From assembly GCA_048938895.1 (NCBI GenBank), contig JBHLLU010000016.1, positions 16,998 to 80,997 on the forward strand: a stretch of DNA of 64,000 bases, given 5' to 3'. The notes below the pieces were generated by a model. That model was given only the letters and a program-made list of their open reading frames with translations. It had not been told where the DNA came from and did not search any database. Both the position numbers and the translations under genes were made by a program. Origin of the DNA: Promethearchaeota archaeon (lineage in GTDB: Archaea; Asgardarchaeota; Lokiarchaeia; Sigyniarchaeales; SOKP01). Below, piece after piece: positions 51,105 through 61,042 of the stretch (positions are counted from its first letter, which is position 1; each line of letters opens with the position of its first letter).

Positions 51105-52238
51105 ATGCCCTTAAGAATGCATGAAAACGAGACAATGACACCTAGAGAAAGAGTAGAAGTTGCTTTAGCAATTAAAGAGCCTGATCGAGTTCCTTTCACT
51201 CCATCATTTCATTGTGCTCAAGCAAGATTAACAGGGATGACGATAGAAGAGTTTTTTTTTAATATACCAAAATCTTACGAGGCTACAAAAAAAGTATGGG
51301 AAATGTTTGGTGGTTTTGATATATATTCAGGCTGTTCTCCTATACTTGGTTATTTCGCACCAATACCTAATTCCCATAGTCAATTATATTTTGATTGGAC
51401 TCTTCCGAAAGGAAATATTCCGGAACAAATGCATGAGAGGGAATTAATGAAGCGTGAAGATTATGATCTAGTAATTAATCAGGGATTTGAACCATTTAAG
51501 AGGAGACCTGAGCTCCAAAATGATTTTGCTAGAATTGTCGCTGAATTTGCTAAATTGGATACGGCTACTTGGCTTGAAGAAATGGATGTCATGAGTCTTT
51601 CAGAAGCCTTTATTGAATCCCCTGTGGATATGATTTCATTTTTAAGAAGCTTCAATAAATTTTTAATTGATATAGTGGAAATTCCTGAAAAAGTGGTAGA
51701 AGCTTGTGAAGCTACTGAGCAAGAATTATTAAAAACTTTAGATTTCCAGTTCCAAATTTACAAACGTAAAGATCGTTCGCAGATGTGCCTATTTGGTTTT
51801 TCTAGAATTGCCACAAATTTTATCTCTCCTAAAAAGTTTGAATTATTCTGGCCTCACATCAAAAGGATTACTGAATATATCATTAAAAATGGTTTTATTG
51901 TACAATACCATATAGATAATGATTACACTGATGTTTTAGAATATTTTACAGAATTTCCCAAAGGAAAAATTATGTTTCACTTAGATCTCACCGATATCTA
52001 TAAAGCTAAAGAAATTTTAGGTGATAGAGCATGCCTTATGGGAAATGTTCCACCACAAATTACTGGTAGAGGAAGTCGCAAAGAGGTTGAAGATTATTGC
52101 AAGAAACAGATCGAAGGATGTATGGAGGGGGGAGGGTATATGTTGGGTTCCTCATGCGTTTTACCAGATGAGATCCCAGCAGCAAATCTAAAGATTATGA
52201 AAGATTGCGTAATGAAATATGGGTTCTATAGAAAATGA
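51105..52238 (+). CDS. Uroporphyrinogen decarboxylase-family (MtaA/CmuA-like) methyltransferase
   Basis: MTPRERV..EPDRVP, FISPK, KAKEILG..CLMGNV, GGGYMLGSSC. Confidence 0.8.
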   Translation: MPLRMHENETMTPRERVEVALAIKEPDRVPFTPSFHCAQARLTGMTIEEFFFNIPKSYEATKKVWEMFGGFDIYSGCSPILGYFAPIPNSHSQLYFDWTLPKGNIPEQMHERELMKREDYDLVINQGFEPFKRRPELQNDFARIVAEFAKLDTATWLEEMDVMSLSEAFIESPVDMISFLRSFNKFLIDIVEIPEKVVEACEATEQELLKTLDFQFQIYKRKDRSQMCLFGFSRIATNFISPKKFELFWPHIKRITEYIIKNGFIVQYHIDNDYTDVLEYFTEFPKGKIMFHLDLTDIYKAKEILGDRACLMGNVPPQITGRGSRKEVEDYCKKQIEGCMEGGGYMLGSSCVLPDEIPAANLKIMKDCVMKYGFYRK

Positions 52239-52269
52239 TGGATCTGAATAGATTAAGAGGTTTTAGTTA

Positions 52270-52899
52270 ATGAACAACAAACTTGTAAACGCTATGGCAG
52301 ATTTAGACAGAAATACAGTATTAAATATAGTAAAAGAGGAAATTTCTTCAGGAACTGATCCTTTGAAAATAATAGAATGGCTCTCTGAAGGAATAAAAAT
52401 TGTAGGGGATTATTTTGAAAAGAAAGAATATTTTCTAGCAGAGTTAATAACTAGTGGTGATATATTTGAAAATGCTTTTTTAGATTTAAAACCAATTTTA
52501 GAAAGAAATAATCTTGTCCCTTTGAGTAAAGGAAAAATCGTACTTGGTACCGTTCAAGGAGATGTTCATGATATCGGTAAAAATATTGTAAAAACTATAT
52601 TAATAGCATCAGGTTTTTCTGTTGAAGATTTAGGTGTTGATGTACCACCTGAAAAATTCATCGAAGCTGTTAGAGACCCAGAAGTTAAAATATTGGGACT
52701 TTCTGCTCTACTTACAATAGCTATTGATTCTGTTAAGGATTTAATAAACTTACTTGATAGAGAAAAATTGAGAAGTAAAGTAAGAATTATCATAGGAGGA
52801 AGTGCTTTCACCAAAGAAATTGCGGAAAAATTAGGAGTTGATGCTTTCGGTAAAGATCCCCAAGAAGCTGTAAAAAAATGTCAAAGATTTTTAGAATAA
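52270..52899 (+). CDS. Corrinoid (B12-binding) methyl-carrier protein
   Basis: Cap domain plus GTVQGDVHDIGKN, DLGVDV, SALL, IIGG. Confidence 0.9.
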   Translation: MNNKLVNAMADLDRNTVLNIVKEEISSGTDPLKIIEWLSEGIKIVGDYFEKKEYFLAELITSGDIFENAFLDLKPILERNNLVPLSKGKIVLGTVQGDVHDIGKNIVKTILIASGFSVEDLGVDVPPEKFIEAVRDPEVKILGLSALLTIAIDSVKDLINLLDREKLRSKVRIIIGGSAFTKEIAEKLGVDAFGKDPQEAVKKCQRFLE

Positions 52900-53028
52900 G
52901 TTCTTTTTTAATTCTCTTTCTTATAGTATAATAAACATAATTCAGATTTTCTTTTCAATAACATTCTAAATATTTAATAAATTTAGATATTGTGCAATCC
53001 TTTGAATTAAATAGAAAGGTGTATATGA

Positions 53029-53829
53029 ATGGTAGATCGTTTAAAAGGAAAAATAGCAATAATTATAGGAGCAGGTCAGCATCCTGGAGAAGGTATCGGA
53101 AACGGAAGAGCAATGTCTCTTCTTTTTTCCCGTGAAGGTGCAAAAGTAATGTTGGTTGATAAAAATTCCGATTCTGCTCTAGAAACAAAATCTATGATCG
53201 AGAAGGAAGGTGGAGAATCCTTTATTTTTGAAGCGGATATTACTAAAGAAGATGATTGTCAAAAAATAGCAGAAAAGTGTGTTGAGGTTTATGGTAGGAT
53301 TGATATCTTGGTAAATAACGTTGGTATAGCATCTAGAGATAGAAAGTTAGTTGATATGAGTGAAGAAATTTGGGATAAAATTTTTGATGTCAACCTTAAG
53401 GGAATGTTTTTTACTTGTAAATATGTTTTACCTGTTATGGAAAAACAGGAGAGTGGTTCCATAATCAATATTTCTTCGGTAGCAGCTGTTGCTGCTGTTA
53501 GATATGTCGCTTACAAAATTTCAAAATCAGGAGTCAATTCTTTAACCCATCAGCTTGCAATGAAGTATGCCAAGAATGGCATTCGGGTGAACGCAATAAT
53601 GCCTGGTTTAATGAAGACCCCAATGGCTATAGAGGGAATTTCAAGAGCTAGAACGGTGAATAAAGAAGATTTAATAAATGAGAGGAACAAAAGAGTACCT
53701 TTAAAAGGAGGAATGGGTGATGCATGGGATACAGCTTATGCAGCACTATTTTTAGCATCAGATGAAGCAAAGTTCATTACTTCAGTAATACTTCCTGTAG
53801 ATGGGGGCCAATCTTCAAAAATAGGATGA
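53029..53829 (+). CDS. SDR-family oxidoreductase
   Basis: GIGNG, NNVG, NISS, YKISK (YxxxK), VDGG. Confidence 0.9.
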   Translation: MVDRLKGKIAIIIGAGQHPGEGIGNGRAMSLLFSREGAKVMLVDKNSDSALETKSMIEKEGGESFIFEADITKEDDCQKIAEKCVEVYGRIDILVNNVGIASRDRKLVDMSEEIWDKIFDVNLKGMFFTCKYVLPVMEKQESGSIINISSVAAVAAVRYVAYKISKSGVNSLTHQLAMKYAKNGIRVNAIMPGLMKTPMAIEGISRARTVNKEDLINERNKRVPLKGGMGDAWDTAYAALFLASDEAKFITSVILPVDGGQSSKIG

Positions 53830-53881
53830 TAATATAAATATGGAGAAGTAAGAAAAATTAAGCGTAAATATTCGATATCTT

Positions 53882-55159
53882 TTACCATAAAGTCATAGAA
53901 TCTTTAAATAATTGCTTGAGATCCTCAGCACTTGCAGGTCTCGGAGATAATTTTGTTACTCGATGTTGAGGTAAAGTTCCTTGCACTAAATCTTCAATAT
54001 CGCTTGGTCCATATCCAACTGCTTCCAAACCATTTGGTATCCCCGTGGCTTTCATAAGTTTAATTATTTCAGATGCAAGAACGTCTCCTGCTTCATTTTC
54101 TTTTATGTCTGATATATCTACCCCCATTAATTGTGCAACTTCTAAATGTAATCGTGGATTAGTTTTTGCTGTGAAACGGAATACAGCAGGAGAAACAAGT
54201 ACAACACACATACCGTGTGGAATTATTGGATGATCCGATATAAAACCTTCAGGAAGATATTCTCTAACCATGCCTGAAACAGGATATGACATACCATGTG
54301 CTAAATGAACTCCAGCATTACCAAAACCTATCCCTGCATAAGTAGACGCAAGGATCATTGCTGCTCGGGCTTCATCATCGGAAGAATCTTGAACGACTCG
54401 TACGATATATTTTGAAACCATTTCAACTGCTTTAGAAGCCCATAGATGACTAATTGGATTAGCTCCTTGATAAGCTGGGCGTAAATCAAGACTTTCTGGT
54501 GCTGGACGACTGTTAAATGGGATAGCTGTAATTGATTCTAAGGCATGGCAAATTACATCAAAACCGCAGGAAGCAGTAGCTATCTTTGGTAAAGTCCGAG
54601 TATTATTCGGATCAACGATCCCCATTATGGGGCGTAGTGTACGGTGAGCAATGCCTGTTTTTGCGTGCATTGCCTCCAAATCGAATATTGCAACTCCTGT
54701 TGTTTCACTTCCGGTGCCTGCGGTTGTTGGAATCGCGATCATAGGTTTTAAGGGACCTGGTACAGGTATGCCTTTTCCAATTGGTTTATTAACATAATCT
54801 AAGAAATCTGCGGTGTATGTTGAAAATAAATTTGCTATTTTAGCAGTATCCATACTAGAACCGCCACCAACACCAATAAATCCATCAAATTTACCTTCCT
54901 GTGCAAATTTGATTGCTTTTTTAAAGGAGCTATCCGTTGGTTCAACTCTTACTTGATCAAATAGGACTCCTTCTATATTCTCATCTTTTAAAGCCTTAAG
55001 AGTGACAGTTACAGCTTCGCTATTTGTTAAATTTGGATCAGTAACAACCATCACTCTTTTTACTCCAAGTTTCTTCATATCATACCCCACCTCTTTAGTA
55101 ACTCCTGGACCAAATTTAATACTGGAGGTATCCATCGTAAAGGCTGTTTCATATGACAT
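53882..55159 (-). CDS. Hydroxyacid-oxoacid transhydrogenase (Fe-ADH family, ADHFE1-like)
   Basis: EPTDSS, GGGSSMD, PTTAGTGSETT, RPAYQGANPIS, GNAGVHLAHGMSY, PHG. Confidence 0.88.
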   Translation of the reverse strand: MSYETAFTMDTSSIKFGPGVTKEVGYDMKKLGVKRVMVVTDPNLTNSEAVTVTLKALKDENIEGVLFDQVRVEPTDSSFKKAIKFAQEGKFDGFIGVGGGSSMDTAKIANLFSTYTADFLDYVNKPIGKGIPVPGPLKPMIAIPTTAGTGSETTGVAIFDLEAMHAKTGIAHRTLRPIMGIVDPNNTRTLPKIATASCGFDVICHALESITAIPFNSRPAPESLDLRPAYQGANPISHLWASKAVEMVSKYIVRVVQDSSDDEARAAMILASTYAGIGFGNAGVHLAHGMSYPVSGMVREYLPEGFISDHPIIPHGMCVVLVSPAVFRFTAKTNPRLHLEVAQLMGVDISDIKENEAGDVLASEIIKLMKATGIPNGLEAVGYGPSDIEDLVQGTLPQHRVTKLSPRPASAEDLKQLFKDSMTLW

Positions 55160-55234
55160 ACTTTTGAACCCTCATTTATTTTGTTTATATTTATTATTAT
55201 ATTATTTTTATATTTTTAAAATAGTTTTCTTATT

Positions 55235-56728
55235 CTAATCCCATTCAATTTTGGTGCTCCCGTGAAATTTTTCGATAATAACACGCTCTTGAGTAAAAAA
55301 TTTTAAGCATTCATATCCTTGAGCGTGAAGAGTTCCAAAAAATGAATCTTTTGCTCCCGCAAATGGAAACCAAGCAAGAGGCGCGACAACACCAATATTT
55401 ATACCAAGTTGAACGTTAAAGATTTCACTTCGAAAATATCGTGCTTCTTCTCCACTTTCAGTATAAATTGTAACTGCATTCCCTTTTGGGTTTTTATTAA
55501 TTATTTTTATTGCTTCATCTAAATCATCTACACGATCAAGGCATGCTACAGGTCCAAAGACTTCTTCGTCATAGATTTTCATTCCAGGTTTAGCATTCTC
55601 GAATAAACATGGTCCTAAGAAATACCCTTTCTCGTATCCATTTACTTTAATGTCTCTCCCATCTAAAATAAGTGTCGCTCCCTCATCGATTCCGTTTTGA
55701 ATTTGTTCATGCAGAGTATTGAGTGATTTCTTTGAAATTACAGGTCCCATAAACGTTTCTTTATTCAACCCGTATCCAATTTTGAGCGCATTTGTGGCAT
55801 CTAATAATTGTTCTTTAAATTTGGTATAAAATTGCTGATTCCCAACAATCATAACAACAGCACCTGACAAGCATCGTTGTCCGGTGTTTCCAAAGAGAGA
55901 ATTCATTAGATTCGGCATTATTTGGGTAACATTCGCTTTTTCTGTGATTACTAAAAAGTTATTAGCTCCTCCATGACATTGGGCTCGCTTACATAAACTG
56001 CTAGCTTTTTTATAGATAGCTTGTGCAACTGGTGTTGATCCTACACTTGAAACACCAACAACACTGGGGTGCTCAATTAACAAATTAGCAATTTCTACAT
56101 CTCCATGAATTAAGTTAATGACACCGGGGGGAAAATCTGCTTCATCAATGTATTTAAAGATATTTTGAAAAGCTAATGGTGTTTGTTCATTTGATTTTAT
56201 TATATACGTGTTTCCTGCCGCAACTGCAAATGGCCAAAACCAGAACGGGATCATCGCAGGAAAATTAAAGGGAGGTATCATAATGAAAACACCTAATGGC
56301 TCTAGTATAGAATATTCATCAATTCCCATCGCAATATTAGGCATATACTGCCCCTTTTGATATTCTGGTACGGTAAATGCCGCTTCAATCATTTGATACG
56401 CACGTATAACTTCTCCTACAGCAGCATTCCATTCTTTCCCATGATTTATTACTATAGATTCTGAAATTTCATCAATATTTTCTTTAATCAAATTTAATAG
56501 CCGGAAAAGAGGTTGAATTCTTTGAACACCGGGTAACTTTCTCCATTGTGGATAAGCATTACCAGCGGCTTCTACAACTAAATCTACTTCTTCTTTAGTT
56601 GACATAGGAATTTTACCCAATGGTTCATCCAACGCGGGATTCATAAATTCAATGAATCGACTACTTTTCGAGTCAACAAATTTTCCATCAATATAATTCT
56701 TTAAAACCTTCATAAGACTACTATACAA
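55235..56728 (-). CDS. mmsA: CoA-acylating (methyl)malonate-semialdehyde dehydrogenase
   Basis: PPFNFPAMIPFW, SVGST, GGANN, GQRC, EEVFGP, FPFAGAKDSFFG. Confidence 0.88.
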   Translation of the reverse strand: MYSSLMKVLKNYIDGKFVDSKSSRFIEFMNPALDEPLGKIPMSTKEEVDLVVEAAGNAYPQWRKLPGVQRIQPLFRLLNLIKENIDEISESIVINHGKEWNAAVGEVIRAYQMIEAAFTVPEYQKGQYMPNIAMGIDEYSILEPLGVFIMIPPFNFPAMIPFWFWPFAVAAGNTYIIKSNEQTPLAFQNIFKYIDEADFPPGVINLIHGDVEIANLLIEHPSVVGVSSVGSTPVAQAIYKKASSLCKRAQCHGGANNFLVITEKANVTQIMPNLMNSLFGNTGQRCLSGAVVMIVGNQQFYTKFKEQLLDATNALKIGYGLNKETFMGPVISKKSLNTLHEQIQNGIDEGATLILDGRDIKVNGYEKGYFLGPCLFENAKPGMKIYDEEVFGPVACLDRVDDLDEAIKIINKNPKGNAVTIYTESGEEARYFRSEIFNVQLGINIGVVAPLAWFPFAGAKDSFFGTLHAQGYECLKFFTQERVIIEKFHGSTKIEWD

Positions 56729-56843
56729 AATGTAAGTTATATTTTAGATATTATTTTATAATAAATCATTAAGTACAAAAAAAGTTGAAGAAATACTATT
56801 TTCTTACTATTATGTGAAAACTAATATTTAAGGAGAGATCAAA

Positions 56844-58181
56844 ATGAGTGAAAATCTTGTTCCCAAGGATCTTCGTAAAAAATACACCAAAGAAGAGATT
56901 CTTGCCCTTGAACAAAAATATATAACACCTGCAGTGTCTCACTATTACCAAGATCCAGTTCTAATTATTGAAGGAGAAGGCGCAACAGTTAAAGATAACG
57001 TGGGAAACCAATATATTGACCTGTTTTCTGGTATTTGCACCAAAATTACAGGTCATCGTCATCCTAAATTTGTTGCTACTATCAAATGGCAGATGGATCA
57101 ACTTACTTATACCAGCACTCTTTATTCTACAATCCCTTATGCTGTATTATCACAAAAATTAGCTCAAATTGCCCCTTCGGGATTAACTCAGTCATTTATT
57201 GTCAATAGTGGATCTGAAGCTAATGAATCTGCTTTGTATATGGCAAGAAAATTCACGAAAAGTCCTTATATAGTGGCATGTACTCATGCTTATCATGGTC
57301 GAACTCAATTAACTCGAGAAATTTCCAGTGTTGGATGGAGAACCGTAGCAGAGGCTCACCCTCCAGGGGTTCGTTTTACCCCATATGGTTATTGCTACCG
57401 CTGTCCTTTTAAGAGGCCTTATCCTGACTGTGATATTGAATGTGCTCGTTATCTCCGCGAAGTTATTCGTACTCAGACAAACAAATCTATCGCTGCTTTT
57501 ATTGTGGAACCGATTCAAGGAGTTGGTGGTATAATTCAACCACCCCCAGAATTTTTTCAGATTACATATGAAATAGTAAAAGAATATAATGGATTATTTA
57601 TTGCTGATGAAGTCCAAACTGGATTTGGGCGCACAGGGGATTATTGGTGGGGTATTCAGAATTCAAAAGTAAATCCTGATATTATAACCATTGCTAAAGG
57701 CTTTGGGAGTGGGATACCAATTGCTGGTTTTTTAACACGCCCAGAATATGCCATAGAATATACTATGACAGATTCATTTACGACTTTTGGAGGTAATCCT
57801 TTATCATGCGCAGCGGCAGTGGCAGTTATTGAAATTATTCAAGAGGAAAAATATCTTAAAAAAGCAATTGCACTTGGAGAGATGTTTAAAAAAATCCTTC
57901 ATTCGCTCAAGGACACGCATAAAATTGTTGGAGATGTACGTGGGCAAGGGATGATGCAAGGAATTGAGCTTGTTTGTGATCAGGATACTAAAGAACCCGC
58001 TACCCAAGAAATGTTAAAAGTGATGGAGATATGCCGTCAAAAAGGACTTCTTATAGGTAAAGGCGGTATTGATGGTAATGTTATAAGAATTCAACCACCT
58101 CTTGAATTAACAAAAGAACAGGCGGAGGTAGCAGGTGAAATTCTTGATATGGCTTTTACTGAAGTTGAAAGTGAAATGTGA
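56844..58181 (+). CDS. Class III omega-aminotransferase (AGXT2 / beta-alanine:pyruvate / GABA type)
   Basis: NSGSEANE, YHGRT, EPIQGVGG, DEVQTGFGRTG, AKG, TFGGNP. Confidence 0.88.
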   Translation: MSENLVPKDLRKKYTKEEILALEQKYITPAVSHYYQDPVLIIEGEGATVKDNVGNQYIDLFSGICTKITGHRHPKFVATIKWQMDQLTYTSTLYSTIPYAVLSQKLAQIAPSGLTQSFIVNSGSEANESALYMARKFTKSPYIVACTHAYHGRTQLTREISSVGWRTVAEAHPPGVRFTPYGYCYRCPFKRPYPDCDIECARYLREVIRTQTNKSIAAFIVEPIQGVGGIIQPPPEFFQITYEIVKEYNGLFIADEVQTGFGRTGDYWWGIQNSKVNPDIITIAKGFGSGIPIAGFLTRPEYAIEYTMTDSFTTFGGNPLSCAAAVAVIEIIQEEKYLKKAIALGEMFKKILHSLKDTHKIVGDVRGQGMMQGIELVCDQDTKEPATQEMLKVMEICRQKGLLIGKGGIDGNVIRIQPPLELTKEQAEVAGEILDMAFTEVESEM

Positions 58182-58291
58182 GATAATTAGTGTAAAGTTA
58201 TTCATTAAATTTATACAGAAAGGAAAACTATAAGTTTCAAATATTTAAGCTAACCTTTAATTATCTACCTATTCACTAAATATTAATTGTA

Positions 58292-59185
58292 ATGAAAAAA
58301 ACAAAAATTAAATTTCTATTATTTATTGGTTTTTTACTAATAATTCCATATATTAAAGTTGCTTCTGCTCAAGGATTATATCCCGAAATAGAAGAAGGAG
58401 ATGAATTCCTATGGAAACTCAGTGTATATAGAGCAAATTTTCAATATTTTTTTGAGGATGATTTAGGAGATACATTACGTTATCTTTGGCCAATTAGCCA
58501 AATTCCAGGTATTGATATGAGTTCTGTATACTTCGATTGGTTAGGTTGGCATATTCGTCCCCCACAATCACATTGGCCTTTCAAAATTTTAGCAATGGGT
58601 TCTGAAGAAACTGGAAAATTACTCGCACCCTATGATAATACAATAGTAACATCAATATCTCTCAATGCAACTGCGGGGTGGCATTTACCGCAGATGCCTG
58701 AGTATAACTCATATTATAATGGAACATGGCACATTGTTAATGACACATCAAATTTCTTACGACAAACATTTAATTTATCTCTTGCTTTTAGCCCTTATGC
58801 AATAATGAGAGTTCCTTTTGTACCTTTGACAATAAACTGGGAATCTTTTATAGCAGAATTTCTTGAAGTTATGGATTCTAGAGGAGGATTCTACAAAAAT
58901 ATCTCTGCTACAGCAAATTCTAATGGCTATGCATTACATATCCCAGCAGGTGGATTCGAAAATAATACTCGAGCTATTGATATACAGGTTAAATATAATC
59001 CCAAGGGTGTTTTTACTTATTATAAGTTTTCATTGGGTGAATATATCCTCATCAAATATTACATGGCTAATCCTGATGAAATAGCTTTAGAGGATATGTT
59101 AACGATAATTTGGGGCGGTGGAATAATTGTAGGGATTGCTATAGTCGTCGTAATTACGAGATGGGTTGTAAAGCATAACAAATAA
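58292..59185 (+). CDS. Secreted, C-terminally anchored hypothetical protein
   Basis: Signal peptide MKKTKIKFLLF..VASA; C-terminal TM followed by basic residues. Confidence 0.7.
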   Translation: MKKTKIKFLLFIGFLLIIPYIKVASAQGLYPEIEEGDEFLWKLSVYRANFQYFFEDDLGDTLRYLWPISQIPGIDMSSVYFDWLGWHIRPPQSHWPFKILAMGSEETGKLLAPYDNTIVTSISLNATAGWHLPQMPEYNSYYNGTWHIVNDTSNFLRQTFNLSLAFSPYAIMRVPFVPLTINWESFIAEFLEVMDSRGGFYKNISATANSNGYALHIPAGGFENNTRAIDIQVKYNPKGVFTYYKFSLGEYILIKYYMANPDEIALEDMLTIIWGGGIIVGIAIVVVITRWVVKHNK

Positions 59186-59247
59186 ATAAACAATGATCTT
59201 CTTTTAGATTAAATAGAATAAGAAATAAAAAAAATAAATAGATTAGT

Positions 59248-59679
59248 TTAAGCGGGTTCGAAACCTAAATCTACTCTTGTTTCCCCTCGAATTTCTGTTT
59301 CAATAAAGGTGGCCTTAACAGGCATTCCTATTTTAATAGTTTCAGGTTTACTCTCATCAACACCAATTAATTGCCCACTTATCATAGGTCCTTCATCTAA
59401 TTTAATAACAGAAAAACAATATGGCTTATTTCGATCATACCCCTTTTCCACAAAAAAGGGAGTTCCAACGGTTATACTTGTAAAAGCTTCAACTTTCCCT
59501 TTTCCTGACATTTCAACCCATTCCATGTTTATACTGTTGCATTTCGTGCATAACTTTCGAACAGGTACGTAAGACACACCACAATCTTTACACTTTGACC
59601 CCATTAGCTTCTTCTCAGATAAATAATCAATATAACTTTTAATAGTAAATTCTCTTTCACTATCAGACATTATTTCCAC
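59248..59679 (-). CDS. DUF35 Zn-ribbon/OB-fold thiolase partner
   Basis: CKDCG..CTKC, SGKG, LDEGP, IGMPV; immediately downstream of the thiolase. Confidence 0.9.
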   Translation of the reverse strand: MEIMSDSEREFTIKSYIDYLSEKKLMGSKCKDCGVSYVPVRKLCTKCNSINMEWVEMSGKGKVEAFTSITVGTPFFVEKGYDRNKPYCFSVIKLDEGPMISGQLIGVDESKPETIKIGMPVKATFIETEIRGETRVDLGFEPA

Positions 59680-59681
59680 CT

Positions 59682-60941
59682 CTATTTCTCAAAAATGGTG
59701 ACGACACATGTCGCACCCGAACCACCGAGATTATGAGTTAGCATACGTTCTACATCAAATTTTACCTGACGATTTCTCTCAGCTATTCCTCTCATTTGCT
59801 TAAAAGCTTCGACACAAAATGCTGCTCCAGTGGCACCTACAGGATGTCCTTTACTTTTTAATCCCCCACTTGTATTTATCGGTAATACTCCATCTCGTTT
59901 TGTTTCTCCATTTCTTATTGCTTCTACAGCTTTACCTTTCTCATAAAAACCTAAGTCTTCTAAAGCAACAACTTCAGCAATAGTAAAACAATCATGAACT
60001 TCTGCTACTTGAATATCTTTAGGTTTAAATCCAGACATTTCATATGCTTGTCGTGCTGCTTCTTTTGTAGCTATAAAACTTGTTAAATCTTCTCTATCAT
60101 GCAGTGATAAGGCTGCACTACCCTGACCTGTTCCCGCAATCCAGATTGGAGTATCTGTATAATTTTTAGCAACGTTTTCAGCAGCTAAAAATACACATGC
60201 AGCTCCATCTGTTATTAAACTACAATCGAATAACCTTAACGGATAAGCAATCATAGGATTTGAACTACTTTTAAGATAATCAAATTCATCCTTCCAATTG
60301 GGAATATCCCCTCCAGATTGTTCAATTTTTGCAATTCTGCTTGCCATTAGATCAGCAATTGATCGCTGCATTTGAGCATAAGGATTTTCTTTTCCATTCT
60401 CATGGTTTTTAATTGCAACCCGCATTAAATCTTCCACAGTAGTACCATATTTATTAAAGTGTGCTGATGCTAAAGTTGCATATAATCCTGGGAAAGTCGC
60501 ACCAGCAGGATATTCAAAAAGACTATCAGATGCAGTTGCTAATACGTCAGTAACTCCTGTTGTAGGCAATTCTGTCATACACTCGACCCCCGATACAGCA
60601 ATTACATCATGTACTCCTGATGCAATAGCTAAAATTGCTTGACGTAAAGCGATACCACTACTAGCACAAGCACCTTCAAATCGACCTGCTGGTTTTGGAG
60701 TTAAACCTACCAAATTTGCCATTTGGGGACCCAAATGTCCCTGATGGTTAAATAAATCTGAAGAATAATTACCTACGTAGCACGCATCCACATCTTTTGG
60801 TTCAATTCCGTTATCTACAGTGCTTACTGCGTTTAACCACGCATCAACCCATAAATCAGGATTTCTTTTATGTGGAAAATGAGCTCCAAATTTACTCATT
60901 CCCGCTCCTATCATCGCTACTTTTCTAGCCAATTTACCCAT
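59682..60941 (-). CDS. Thiolase (SCP-x/archaeal type)
   Basis: EGACASS, KNH, DCSLITDGAA, EVHDCFT, NTSGGLKSKGHPVGATG. Confidence 0.92.
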   Translation of the reverse strand: MGKLARKVAMIGAGMSKFGAHFPHKRNPDLWVDAWLNAVSTVDNGIEPKDVDACYVGNYSSDLFNHQGHLGPQMANLVGLTPKPAGRFEGACASSGIALRQAILAIASGVHDVIAVSGVECMTELPTTGVTDVLATASDSLFEYPAGATFPGLYATLASAHFNKYGTTVEDLMRVAIKNHENGKENPYAQMQRSIADLMASRIAKIEQSGGDIPNWKDEFDYLKSSSNPMIAYPLRLFDCSLITDGAACVFLAAENVAKNYTDTPIWIAGTGQGSAALSLHDREDLTSFIATKEAARQAYEMSGFKPKDIQVAEVHDCFTIAEVVALEDLGFYEKGKAVEAIRNGETKRDGVLPINTSGGLKSKGHPVGATGAAFCVEAFKQMRGIAERNRQVKFDVERMLTHNLGGSGATCVVTIFEK

Positions 60942-61042
60942 AATTTCACCATTTTTTTACATGAAATTTTATATTTTTTAAATTCAAAGAATTGAATTAT
61001 CCCAAAATTAAATTTGTTATTGTTTTATAAAAAATAGGATCT

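Noticed and set aside
51105-52899. Methanogenesis inferred from the methyltransferase and corrinoid genes
   Set aside because: No mcr or substrate-specific MtaB/MttB gene is in the window; such pairs are widespread in non-methanogens.
3801-59572. Numerous 60-130 aa ORFs overlapping longer genes (e.g. 4051..4290, 37911..38222, 50108..50503)
   Set aside because: Antisense or alternate-frame shadows of well-supported genes, with no motifs of their own.
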